DNA of 64,000 bases from Enoplolaimus lenunculus (Eukaryota), in NCBI GenBank assembly GCA_030248215.1, contig JASANG010004046.1, positions 372,001-436,000 of the forward strand, written 5' to 3'. Positions 38,902 to 51,100 of the stretch are shown here, in pieces (position 1 is the stretch's first letter; each line of letters starts with the position of its first letter). The notes under the pieces were generated by a model. The model had not been told where the DNA came from, did not search any database, and was given only the letters and a program-made list of their open reading frames with translations. The translations under genes were made by a program, and so were the position numbers.

Positions 38902-39912
38902 CAAGGTTTCAACGGAATTCCGATTACAGCTAAAATTCCGAAAAAAATGTTGGTTCCGATTCCGATTACGACTGGCTTCAATTCCGATGCTGGAATTCCG
39001 ATTTTTCGGTTATAAGTTTTTAAGCTGATTGAACTTAAAATTTGTCTATTTCTTCGTTTGTTTGCAAATCTCTTTGTTTTTGTTAGCAATTATTCTCAGT
39101 AGAAGAGTAAATTATTTCGCTGATTGTCAAAATGTAACTGCAAATGAAAACTTTAAGCTCTACCTTTAAACGAATAACAAAATCTAAATTGAAACTTCTA
39201 CTTCATAGCGGCAAGAAGTGATGTTAACCCCACTAGTTATCAAAGGTAGCTCGATATTTGGTTCAACAATATCCTTACTGTAATGAAAAGGAAGCTCCAT
39301 TGAACGGTTAATTTTCAAAAATCTGGGTCCTGTTATTTATTTCATAAGACTTCATGTTTAAAGTTTTGAAATGCTCAAAATACTTAACTGCTTTAAACTT
39401 AAGGTCAAGTTGTTCCTGTGCTTTGAGAACTGACAGGAAGAATTGGTAGGCATGCACTAATATCTTTTTTACAGGATAGTAGATCGTTATTGCAGTAAGC
39501 TATATACAAGCAATTTTTACTGAAACTGTGAACAATACAGAAGAACATATATACTGCAACAAAAAGTGAAAAGTCATACACTTTAGTTTTTTATATAATT
39601 AGCACTTAAATTCCGATTCGGATAACGATTCCGGTTCCGACATAAATTTGATTCCGATTACACTATATAAAAAATGGTGAGTCAAATTGACTCGCTCCGA
39701 AATAGGTTCTACGGGACTACACAAACTGAGTCAAATTCGACTCCGCTAGAGTCAAACGTGCGGCTCAGTGAGTCAAATTTGGCTCTGGCGGAGTCGAATT
39801 TGACTCAGTTTGCGTTGTCCCGCACAGCCTATTTCGGAGAGTGAATTTGACTCACAATTTTTTGCAGTGTACGATTCCGCTTCCGACAAAATCACTTCCG
39901 ATTGAAGCCCTG
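38902..39912. mobile_element. hAT-type element with GATTCC subterminal repeats
   Basis: Ends CAAGGTTTCAA / TTGAAGCCCTG; TSD CAACGTTA/CAACGTTG. A related inverted fragment lies at ~46370-46566. Confidence 0.8.
39661..39869. mobile_element. Palindromic CACT-ended MITE
   Basis: CACTATATAAAAAATGGTGAGTCAAA ... TTTGACTCACAATTTTTTGCAGTG with TA flanks, splitting a GATTCCGATTA|CGATTCC repeat of its host element. Confidence 0.8.
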
Positions 39913-40645
39913 CAACGTTGCATGAAAAGAACATGGGACTTGTGTAAATGGAGGGATAGGTGGGTAGTGGAATATATTCCCCACGCCTGCCAAAATTTTT
40001 ACTGAGATAACTCATATCCCAGAGGTCACAGTTTCTTTCTTATACATGACGGGTTAACCGTTTAATTATGATGAATCTCAGATTGAACGGTCGTACTTTC
40101 ATAGTCAATTTTATTGCAATTAATATATTCGTTGTTTGCGTGTGGATTCATGTTAAACACGGTGCGCAATATGTTCAAAAATCAGTTTGTTACCAGTGAC
40201 ATTTTTCTGAGATTAAAGCCCTTGCCACGTGAGCCGCTGTCTTTATAAAGAAGAACCTCGAGGCTTTTGAATACCTTTTTGTTGGCAAAACCGCAATACG
40301 TATACAAAACGTGTATTGTTTACAATTTACCATTGCGCTGTCAGTATGTTTTAATATATTGTTAGTTTTTTTTCAGCGCAAAACAGTCTGTCTTGTAACA
40401 AGTTTTCACCATCGTTTATTCGCTGAATATTTTCACTAGATTTTACTATCGATAACGAGGAAACAGTTTTCGCCAGTGAGAGGGATGCAATAGTTGTCGC
40501 CTTGTGAATTTTTAGTGCACAGGAAAACATTCCGGCCCTGTTCTATACATTGACCAGAAACGAGGTGCTTTCAAGACGTTATTTTGCGCTATTTTGCATA
40601 TATAGACACTAAGTAAACACACAGTTTTATTCTGTGTAAATTGTA

Positions 40646-40883
40646 CACTGTACATTCCAATGAGTTGATTAATCAACTCAGAAAATAATTATTTCTGGTT
40701 ATTTCTGAGTTCATGACAGTAAATATTAACTCAATCTGAGCTGATTTAGTTCTCGGTTAGCTGATTAATTAACTCAGAGTGAGTTCATACGATTCAGTTG
40801 TGAGAGACATAATTTTGAGCTCAGACTTTTGACTGGATTAAACTTATTGATTTAAAATCAACTCAGTGGAATACCGTACAGGG
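40646..40883. mobile_element. CACTG-ended MITE with AACTCAG repeats
   Basis: Inverted ends CACTGTACATTCCAATGAGTTGA / TCAACTCAGTGGAATACCGTACAGGG. Confidence 0.65.
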
Positions 40884-41485
40884 CGGAATATATGATACAG
40901 TTTATGGATGGATATTTAGATCATCTGCACGAATAAATTGCATCGAATGGGAATTTTTACCTTTGGGCGGAAGGGACATTTCAATAGCGTTACTGCTCTG
41001 GTACATCCCCCTACGTTTAAGAGTAGAGCATAGACTCAGGCCCACACTTTAGGTAAAAGCTTAGGTATAATGCCTTAAAGTAAACCATTTCCGGCCTGAG
41101 CCTAAGCCTAATGCATGGGCGTAGCCAGGATTTTTGTTTCGGGGACCACACAAATACTTTAAATATATAGTGTGTTAATCAATTTTCATCAATTAGCATG
41201 TGCAGCGGGGTGCAAAACGGAACTTTATTATACCAGAATAGGAATCAAAACTACAAATTTTGTGACGCAAATTTTTAAAATTTGTACATTGGCCGACCGG
41301 CCAGTCAAACGCTTCGCTGGCCGCGGACCTGCCGGCCAGTAGAAAAAGTGGTAATTGCACAACACTAATCTGCAGACATTGTAGTCTTTCGACAAAACTC
41401 TATGCGGAGAAATCGTTTTTTCTAGAAACTTTTACGGTTCACTGAAAACTGCTAGCTTTTGGTCAACATTTGCCGCAAAAAGTAA

Positions 41486-41642
41486 GGGTGTCGCTATACT
41501 TGTCGTGTGGCGCCGTCCGTCACCATCCAGTGGCGAAAGTTACCCCCCGTTCCGTACGGTATCATACATGAGTATATTAATTCGTGTGCGATACAACACG
41601 GTGACGGACAGCGCTAGACGGCATAAAAAGTATGGCGCCATC
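41486..41642. mobile_element. PIF/Harbinger-type palindromic MITE
   Basis: Ends GGGTGTCGCTATACTT / AAGTATGGCGCCATC; TAA flanks; internal inverted repeat GTCCGTCACC/GGTGACGGAC. Confidence 0.75.
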
Positions 41643-42100
41643 TAAACAGCTTCAATTGTTCAGCATATATTTTTCACGTTTTCTATAAAAACTAAAATGC
41701 CTTCTCACTCAGCTTTGGACCCTGTTCAGTAACGTTACACACGCTCCGCATTAGTGCAATACGCAGTATCACAATACTTTTTGTCTCCGAAACTTTTGCA
41801 CAAAGCTGTACAAAGAGAACATATAGCGACAGCGGTTTTCTGGGTAACTCGTTCTTGCAAACAAATAATATTTCGTCAAAATTGTAGAATAGGAATAGCC
41901 CAACCAAACAAAATATTTTACAATTTCAGACTAAAACGTTACCTACCCTACGCTCTCTGTCATAGGTATTATAACACGGCGGGGTGGGCTGCCGCTTCCC
42001 CTACAGCGGACGACAAACATAGTTCTTGCCTAGTACATGCAAAACATGCAGTCTATGCAATTTCTTACTACTGCATATTGCAGTTGCTCATGCACGTGCA

Positions 42101-42273
42101 CAATGGCGGATCCATGGTGGAGGCCACCCCGGCCGTGGCCCCCCAACAGCATCTCGACAAAAATTATATAGCAATTTTGTGACAATAGTTCGTGGTTTGT
42201 GTGTGGGTCAAAAGTAAGTTATTACCTGTGAAATTTTGGGCACCCCCATTTTGAGATCCTGGATCCACCACTG
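42101..42273. mobile_element. hAT-type MITE
   Basis: Ends CAATGGCGGATCCA / TGGATCCACCACTG; TSD CACGTGCA/CACGTGCT. Confidence 0.85.
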
Positions 42274-42860
42274 CACGTGCTAAATTAAAAATCTAACGAA
42301 CAACCCAGCATTCAAACCGAAGAAGTCATGCAACTCCAAAACTCAAAATTGGCGCAATAGGCCTGGACGAATGCAAAAAATGTGCTCAGTTTCGAACTTC
42401 ATCATTTACTGGTACCAAAGTTGCAAGACCTGTCGCCGACTGGTAATATGCGCTACACACATTCGAGAATATGGGTCCAGGTTACGAATAAAAACACGAA
42501 AGTTGAGAATGTTTGTGACGCATTGATCTGTGGCACAGTTATTTTCCAGGATTATTAAAAATTATGTGTTGGAATGATATGACTGTAATTCCGATTGATT
42601 TCTTTTGATGATTCAGAACCTTTTTTTTTGCAACATGTTTAAATATTTTTGCATACAGGATAGCGTGGTGGCTGATATCCATAATGCCTAAACGCATTGC
42701 GGGCATGCATACGCTAGTGGGGTAGAAGTGTACAAGAGCCAAGAAGGCAAAGGTACCATTTTTGGCCCATCTATAGCTGTAGCTGACGTTGAGGATCAAA
42801 GCTAATCAAACGTGATTTTAGTTGTTGTTTCATGTGACGAAAGCTACCCAATTCAGTATT

Positions 42861-43239
42861 CAATGGCGGATCCACGGGAAGGGCACCCCGGCCGTGGCCC
42901 CCCAACAGCATCTCGACAAAAATTATATAGTGTCAATTGCTGTTCTACGCTGTTTACTTCTCTGTTTTATACATAATAGTATAAGCACGCTTTAATGTTG
43001 CTTGGCCCTGGAGTCATTTATGCACTACACTGAGGGATAATAGACATTTATGGACTCTAAACAAGGGTTTAAGGACTCTACCCGCTTACGGATTCTTATT
43101 AGAAATACGGACTCCTATTAATTGGGACTCAAAATGGGGACCCCCCTCTTATTTGGGTCACTACAGTATGGGTCAAAAATAAGTTTATTACCTGTGAAAT
43201 TTTAGGCCCCCCCATTTTGAGATCCTGGATCCGCCACTG
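42861..43239. mobile_element. Sister hAT-type MITE carrying a family T half-element (~43002-43167)
   Basis: Same ends as 42101-42273; perfect TSD TCAGTATT; internal ...GGGTCACTACAG-TA end. Confidence 0.88.
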
Positions 43240-45746
43240 TCAGTATTAAATGACCTCCTTAGATGTAAGTGGGTAACAGTTTGTTCAATCGAAATTATAC
43301 AAATCGCTCAGCCTTGCTTTATGCTATAACGAAATATATTTTAATAAGTAACTGGCATTGTGAGACCGGGAGGTGAAAATACGAGCGGCCGATTGGCAAA
43401 GTTTTTCCGATGTTGGAACCCAAATTGTGAATTCTAAAAACTTTTAAGTAATTAATGTCGAATGAAAGCGTCTTTTTCAAAAACCTTCACAATTCAAGTT
43501 TGAAACATTGCCCGAAAGCTGCAAGCAACTCTGAAAAACTGAACAACGCAACTTTTACACCAAAATTCCGAAACCCTTCACTGCCAAAATATCCGAAAAC
43601 CTTTAGCAAAACAGGCTACCGGATAAGGAAGTTGATTTTCTGCTGGAATTATTGGAAGACGTTCGGTTGTTCTCTTCTGATCTTCGTATTTGCAGTATCT
43701 AATGATATTTGCCGATCCGATCGAAATTTGTGGCTAAATGAGAAAAAAGCCACTTTTACAACGTTTGTTTTCCGTGCTCCCCTGCGATCAGTCGCAAAAC
43801 AACTGGCATATGCACCTTCCCAAAATTAATTCTTGGCAAAATCACTCAATTCAGCGTTATTCATAATTAAAACATTTGTATAACGTTTTTAGACCATGTT
43901 TTCAGATGCAATTATATATAGATTCTGGATCTTTTTCTAAAGCGACAAATAGTTATCTACTTGACGTAACAATAGAATATATATAATTCCCGTGGAATTT
44001 GGATTAACTTAAAAAGACAATAATGGCGTAAGTACAATATTGTCTTGTCACGTTTTGATAAACTTACCACCATAATCGGTAGCATTATATCCAATACGAC
44101 CAGCTCAAAATGCTTGCAACAAACCATTCTTTCGTTTCGCTTGATTATATATCAGTTATCTATATTTATTAAAATGGAACGCCCCATATACGTGTTTTGG
44201 GCAGCGTTCCAGCAAATTTACAAAGTTTAAGTTGCGAGCTGTATTTTACACTGCAGTGGGCCATCGTGGGTGCAATTTTTCCTCTACCAAAAATGTATGC
44301 AGTATGCAGCCAAGTACGCCTACTTCTTTTATCGCCTTTCGGACACTCATTCTGAACATTAACTCAGCAAATGTTTTTGGTCAGATTCGCAGAAAACTAG
44401 TCTAAATTTTGACATTTTCAAAACTTGACGCGCAAGACATTAATTTGGAGGAGTGCGAAAATCATATATGACAAGACTAATAATTGAATAATTTTTAACA
44501 TGACGCCAACGAACGACACGGAGGCCTCGGTAAACAACAAGAGGCCCGGTAGATCACATGGTGGGGCCCTAATAATATATTTGGAAACAGCGATGAATCT
44601 TAATACGAGACTTGGATAGTGTTGTGGTCTGCGGTCGTTTCGCCCCACCAAGCCCTACCAAGGATTAATTCTAGCTGCCCTGGTCTCCAGGGTTCCCCAA
44701 GAAAATAACAGATCATTGGAAAATTTTCATTTAAACTACTTTTATGTTCTTGCATTTTTAAATATATGTTTTGATGCAGGTTATTCTCGACGCGTTTTAA
44801 TTTAACACAAGGCTTACTTACCAAAGTGAATCCAGGCTTTCTGTTGTGTATGTACTTAAAGATGAAGGATGCAATTCCCTCAGTCTCAGTTTGAAAAGGT
44901 GTCACTCAAGTTTCAAAGCTTTGGCAAGACTTGCTTTAAAACAAATGCTTTTGAACATATGCCAAAACGCAGTATAATAGGAGAGTTGGACATGTATGGA
45001 ACTACGGATTGCTAGTTATTATTACTATTATTATTCTTGTTTCTATATTTTATTCACATTGTGTTTCACAGGCGTAAAAAATTAGACAGAACGATGCCCA
45101 CATTGCGTGTAGTGCGATGGTGCTGCTTCATCAAAATTTATGGATATAACATTTATCTGCGACTCGATTCAGTTCAACGGCCTTTTTCGTCAAAAAATAA
45201 TTGTTTGCCAATTTCTCGTATTTCAGTATATATCAAAGTTTTTAAATTTTCCATGTAAAACAGAATAGAATTCGTGCAATAAACATTGCAAGCTACTGCA
45301 GTCTGCAATTGTTATCTGCAACAAACAACTGATAAGAAGTATATACTACGCATTACGAGTTAATTTGAAAATCAGTTATATCAGTAAATAAATAATAGAT
45401 TAACTTGTCGTTTTAATTTTGATTTCACTACGCCTAGAATTAGATTTCGTATTAACATTGAAGAGTTTGAAGTTTTATATATATATACTTTAAAACGTTT
45501 GTTCGATTTTGAAATTGTTTGGTATTCCGTTGGTATGACCGGTCCTGCCAATTCTATGGGATGCCAGTACTTGCACGACACCTTCTGTGAGCGTGGAACA
45601 TTATCGAAAGTCTAAAAAATAAATATGTCATTCACATCGGCTCCACGAGCTGAGTTGAATGATGCGGCCAATGTTACGCTAAAAGGAAGGCCTTGCCACC
45701 GTCCTGGGACATCAAAGTACCAGGAATACACAGAACAAATATAATT

Positions 45747-46098
45747 GGGACAGTGGGGACAGTTGTGGAACAGCGGGACAATTCGGACAGTGAGACAACG
45801 AGACAGTTGGGACAGTGTGACAGCGGGACAGTTCGGACAGTGGGTCAGCGGGACAATTGCACAGCTGGACAGTTGGGAAAGTTGAACAGCCGTACAGTTG
45901 GAACAGCGGGACAGTTGGGACAATTTGGGACGACGGACCAGCTGGGACAGTTGGCACAGCGAGACAGTTGGGACAGCGGGACAGTGGTGCAGTTTCGGCA
46001 ACGGGACAGTTGGGACAGCGGAGATAGCTGGGATATCGGACACTGGGACAGGATACAGTTGGGACAGCAGGACATTTGGGACAGCGAAACAGTTGGAC
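45747..46098. repeat. Minisatellite of 9-10-bp GGGACAGTT/GGGACAGC units
   Basis: Roughly 35 units, which account for the overlapping stop-free ORFs here. Confidence 0.9.
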
Positions 46099-47264
46099 CC
46101 ACAGCACGGAAAAAGTCCCCTATATAGAATTAATTTGATTCTCAGGGGGGCTGCAGCCTTCCTGACCCCTCGCAAGTTCACGGTCTCTAAGCAGGGTGGG
46201 GACTATCGTTCCGCAAACCCCCCACATTACGCAATTCATTATTGGAACACTGTATATACATATAGCTGACTGAATTAGCCATCTAGTAACGCTGTAAAAT
46301 TACAATTCTTAATGCAGGCCTGCCAATTCTGAGAGTAGTCTGAGAGTTCTCACAGCACAGGGTCAGCTTGGCATTAAGTTTAAATGCAGTTAAGCATTTT
46401 TAGCATTTCAAAACTTTGAATATGAACCTTGTGAAACCATAAATAGCAGCTCTCTGATTTTTAAAAAAATTGGAATTCCGGCATCGGAATAGCAGCTAGT
46501 TGGATTCGTAATCGGAACGCAAATGTTATCGAAATTTCAGCCGGAATTGGAATTCCGTTGGAACCCAGGCTTGCACTCCCGGTATATTGCTATCCTGGGT
46601 CAATATGACTGCCTTTATCGTAACATGGCGAATAATGCAATGGATATTTTATGATTGTGACCCTCAAATAAGAGTATAAAATAATAAAATTGGGAAAAAT
46701 CGACACAGGCCAATTTTGAAAGAAAACAAAATAAGTTTAAGGGTTGGGTGTTAGAAAGTTTACTTAAGTACGACTTACTACATAACCACGCGCTAAGTAA
46801 CTCCTTAACAATTTCGTCGTTTTTAAAAGCGTACTTATGTTTAATAAATACTTCAGTCGCTGAATGAATTCGATATTTTGCGAATTGACTGTTGATGCGT
46901 GTACTCGAAGAGTTAGGTGTTCAATTAAGTCGGCAACTTAAGTAATTAATTAAGTTTAACCTAAGTAAGCATTTAAGCAAAATGTCAAGAACTCAGCCAA
47001 AGACAAATTTTAAAGGGACAGAATAAAATTTTGGCCAGATTTCCTGGATTAAAAAAGCAACTGCAGAAAAAGCGAGAAAGCGGAGCACCTTGCCTTGCAG
47101 TTTGGGGCATTTTTCAAGTTTCCGCGCGGTATTGACAGGGAGATGTAAAAGCATGTTAGACATGCTTGTTCTGGTGCATATGCAATGCACATGGTTTAAT
47201 ATGCAATGCTTGCCGGCAGCATGCGGTCGACACATATAGTCTTCGAAAAAATGCAGTTGAAGAG

Positions 47265-47341
47265 GCGGGCTAAGTGGTGCAGTGGTAAACCGTCTAGCTA
47301 AGGATCTATAGGTTGCTAGTTCGAAACCAGCTGTAATCCGC
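47265..47341 (+). mobile_element. tRNA-derived SINE-like head
   Basis: TGGTGCAGTGG (A box), AGTTCGAAACC (B box), paired ends GCGG/CCGC; stems imperfect. Confidence 0.5.
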
Positions 47342-48156
47342 TTTTCCAGCTGCTAATGTCAAAAGGTTTGAAGTCTTGGTTCCTACCTAACCTGACAGAC
47401 GATAAGTATATAATAAATAGGAATAATTTTTGTATAATTTAACACTGTTGTGTTCTGAATCAGTATCTTGTAAATCAAAAGGCAGCTAGCAGACATTTCA
47501 GGTAAGCGATTAGAACCGTTGACACATGTTAACTATATTGCATGTCGTTTTGAAGGCAATGAGACCATGGAATTCAGCTTAGGAACTTAACTTGAACAAA
47601 ACAGCGACCATTACCGACACTTAATTGGAGTTGATTAAGAGAAAGACGCAACACATGAGGGCAGGCTGGCTATAATCATTTGTATATTCAGAAAATGTAC
47701 CCAGTTGCAGACTTTTGACTAAGGAATATACCGATTGTTGCATGTACAAAGGCTGGTTTTTGAGTGCTGCAGCTGCCATTCCGTCCAATTGAAAGGTGTT
47801 CCGGGCATCTGGTGCCACCGGCAAGACCTCTCTGACACGGGATTTCAAAAGAATTTGCACCTTCGGTGTAATTCAAGTTAAACATATCGTTATTCACGCG
47901 TATTTGGCTTGTCACATCGCTTGCGAGCTTCTTTCGCCGCTATATATTGCGCTCCTGGGCATGTGCCCTTTGTTTGCGGAATACCTGCCGCGCCGTCGAT
48001 TGATACGTTAAAACGGGACACCATCCTGCAGCGGGGAAAGACGATGGCTCGGATGCCTCAACCGTGGCCGTGGGTTTTATGAAATAGAAATAAAAACAGC
48101 CCATGATATGTGACAATGGTTTTTGCAGGCAAGACGGCGCGCCTGAATGTTCAACT

Positions 48157-51100
48157 ATGGCTCAAAGTGATAGCGGTTTGGACCGACAGAGACTAATTCA
48201 AAAGAGAACAGATTATAATACGTTTCAAAGTGGTAAATTTTACTTAAAACTGAAAATTAGGAAATCTTTTATTATGTTTGCATAGTATATATGTCGTAGG
48301 CCAATCTGCTATTCAGGATAATTACCTATTGGCATAGGCCAATCTATTTTATAGCTTCTCAATCAAAAATAACGTTTGAGGTATCTCGGCTAATCTTGAG
48401 TTTCCTCTGATTTAGTCGACAAATCTTTTACTCCACACCTACCGATAACTAGGGGCGGGGTTAAGCCTAAACCTAAGTCTAGGCAAAAATAATCTGAAGC
48501 TAAACCTTACTCTATTATAGTCCAGTGGAAAAACGTTTCGACCACAAATTTAGTTACTTATTGCATTTACTCGCTCATGTCAAAGTAACACATTTTTCAA
48601 CTGTTCAATATTTATAAATGTTGAGGTAAGGGTTTGGTCACATCTGCCCCATGGTTGCCGAGTTTGTCTGAGGGCACTTAAGACAAGTATCTCTGATGTG
48701 CGCTCGATTTTCCAGCATTAGCACACTTTTTACATTGGATGCAAAGAGTGTTTCAAACTCTCAGCTGCTGGTAGTTCGCATTTTTGTTTGAAAACTTAAT
48801 ATATACTTAAACTGGTTGTAAGTGCTACACACAGTTGAGAATACGGCTGCATGTCGTGTTTTAGAACCATTAGGCCGAGGTCAGAGCGATCAACTACTGT
48901 ACCATTTCACCACTGACGATCCGAATGTAGAACATTGCCATTCTACACATCCCGAGGAAACTGCAGGAGATCCACATGCAAGAAACACACTGATTATGGC
49001 AACTGTTCTTTGTCTTGCGTTTATGATTGCAGAAATTGTTGGTAAGCAAAAGCGCTCCCACGTAGGTACAAAGGGTGGCGGTCTCCCCGCCTTGCAGCCT
49101 TACCGGTAGCCAGTTCAACGATCTAGAAAGCTCACAGTTTCACCATTGACATTCGGTATCTAATACTGAAACCTTTCTAGATGGGGCACAGTTTTACAAG
49201 GAAAGCTCAATTTCTTTAGTCCTTTTGGCTACGGGCCTGAACTAAAATGTACACTTCGTCGGTCGGCAGTGTTATAAGCCTTAGCCTATGCTGCTCATAT
49301 ATCTAAGCATAATAATGGGTGATAAGCTAGCGACTCAACGAGATTTCTGACTACAAGTTGTCGAGCCATGAATTGTCGTACTACGCAACACATTAATTTT
49401 TGCTAAAACGGTTTCAATTTGTTGTTGTTCTATTTCAAATTTTAGTGATACTGCCCTGGATGCTACGGATCAAAAATCTTTATCTCGCTTGTGTTATGTG
49501 GTTTATTCCGAAACATCTTCAGAATATTTGCAATTGAATTTTCAATTATTTTTTTCGTTTCAGGCGGTGCCATAGCTGGAAGTCTTGCAATTATGACCGA
49601 CGCAGCACATCTTTTAACTGACGTTGCCGGATTTTTGATTTCGTTGTTTGCGCTGTACGTCGCTGCGCGTCCTGCTACGCAGAAGATGAATTTTGGATAT
49701 CACCGAGCAGGTATATCGGTCAAAATTGATTGACTCAATTTTTGTAGTCAAACATAACGAACGGATTTTGTTTAAAACACGGTTTCGATTACAACCATGG
49801 GTTTTCGTTTTACTTAAAACAGACTTTTAGATAGTCGCAATATGACACGAGCATAGGTGCCAAAAGTGCGGCTAGTGAGTCTCATGCATCTCCCCTTATA
49901 TCTAGTTTGGTGAATTTGTTCCACTGTCAACTCAATATTTATTGCACCGAATGCGAAAAAAATTTTGAAATCGCATGGCGAATTAGTTTTGCCGTCAGGC
50001 TCGCTTCGTGCCCGGTTTCTCCTAAGGGGAGTAGCGGATGATAACCGCCGCAATGGGATCGGGTTAGTGTTACACCTAGAAGTGTACAAAATACGGACGG
50101 CGGAAATGGCCGCTCCATAAATTGGGTGGATTTAAGTGGCCGGAATTTATGGGAAGAGCTATTTACGGAGACTTACGGCGGATCGCAAGATATAGTGAAA
50201 CAAGCCTCGTTAGCTAAGCGAGAGTGAAGCCAATTACATTTTAGAAAAGCCCAATTCTAGTTTAGAACAGTGGTGGAACAGTGAATAAAAGCTACCGCGC
50301 GAAAAAGAAACCAGCGTCCTTATTCTGCAATAAATCCTTAAGTACAAAGTTTACACTGGCGTGTGTCCGGAGGATTGAATCGAACCTTAGATATTATGAC
50401 CGCTATGCTTAACCGTTGTATTAGAGATAACATATAAACAGCGTCGCAGACGAAATTATTTAGGCGTACCTACGCCAGACAGTTATATAAATATAAAAAA
50501 AATATCATTTTTTGGTAATCAGCCAGAAGGTGTGGGGTGGTGGCTTCCCCTGTTCCCTTGTGGTTGCTCCTGTGTAATGTCACTTTCCGACATCATTGAG
50601 GGGTGTGGAACCACTGTTCTCACCAGGGGCGGGTCATGAAATAATGAGGCGCTGAGTCCAATTTGTGTTACGGACCCACAAAATAGGAATACTAATAAAA
50701 TGTGCGTCAAAATATATTTCTCAACTCAACAAAGGTTTCATTTTTGAAATACTCGTTACGCATCGCTTTGAAGGCACGGTGGAAGATTTTAGAACAACTT
50801 ATTTTAATTGTTTGCAGAAGTGCTCGGTGCAACAGTGTCAGTGCTTTTGATCTGGGTAATTACTGGAATATTGATTTATATTGCAATACAGCGAATTGTG
50901 AATAAATCATACGACATTAACGCGTCGATTATGCTCATAACCGCGGGTGTTGGAGTATTTGTTAACATTGTGTAAGTTCAGCTATTGGTCTTGCAGCTTT
51001 TGAACCAGTTATCGCCGAGGTTCAAAATTATGCTCATTTTTCGCATATGAGTTGCTCTACTCCGGTATCACTTTTGAGTTCCAAACTGCAATAGTTAGTG

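Noticed and set aside
45612..46269. Five overlapping 85-189-aa ORFs (Cys/Pro- or Gly/Gln-rich)
   Set aside because: Translations of the GGGACAG minisatellite; open in many frames on both strands.
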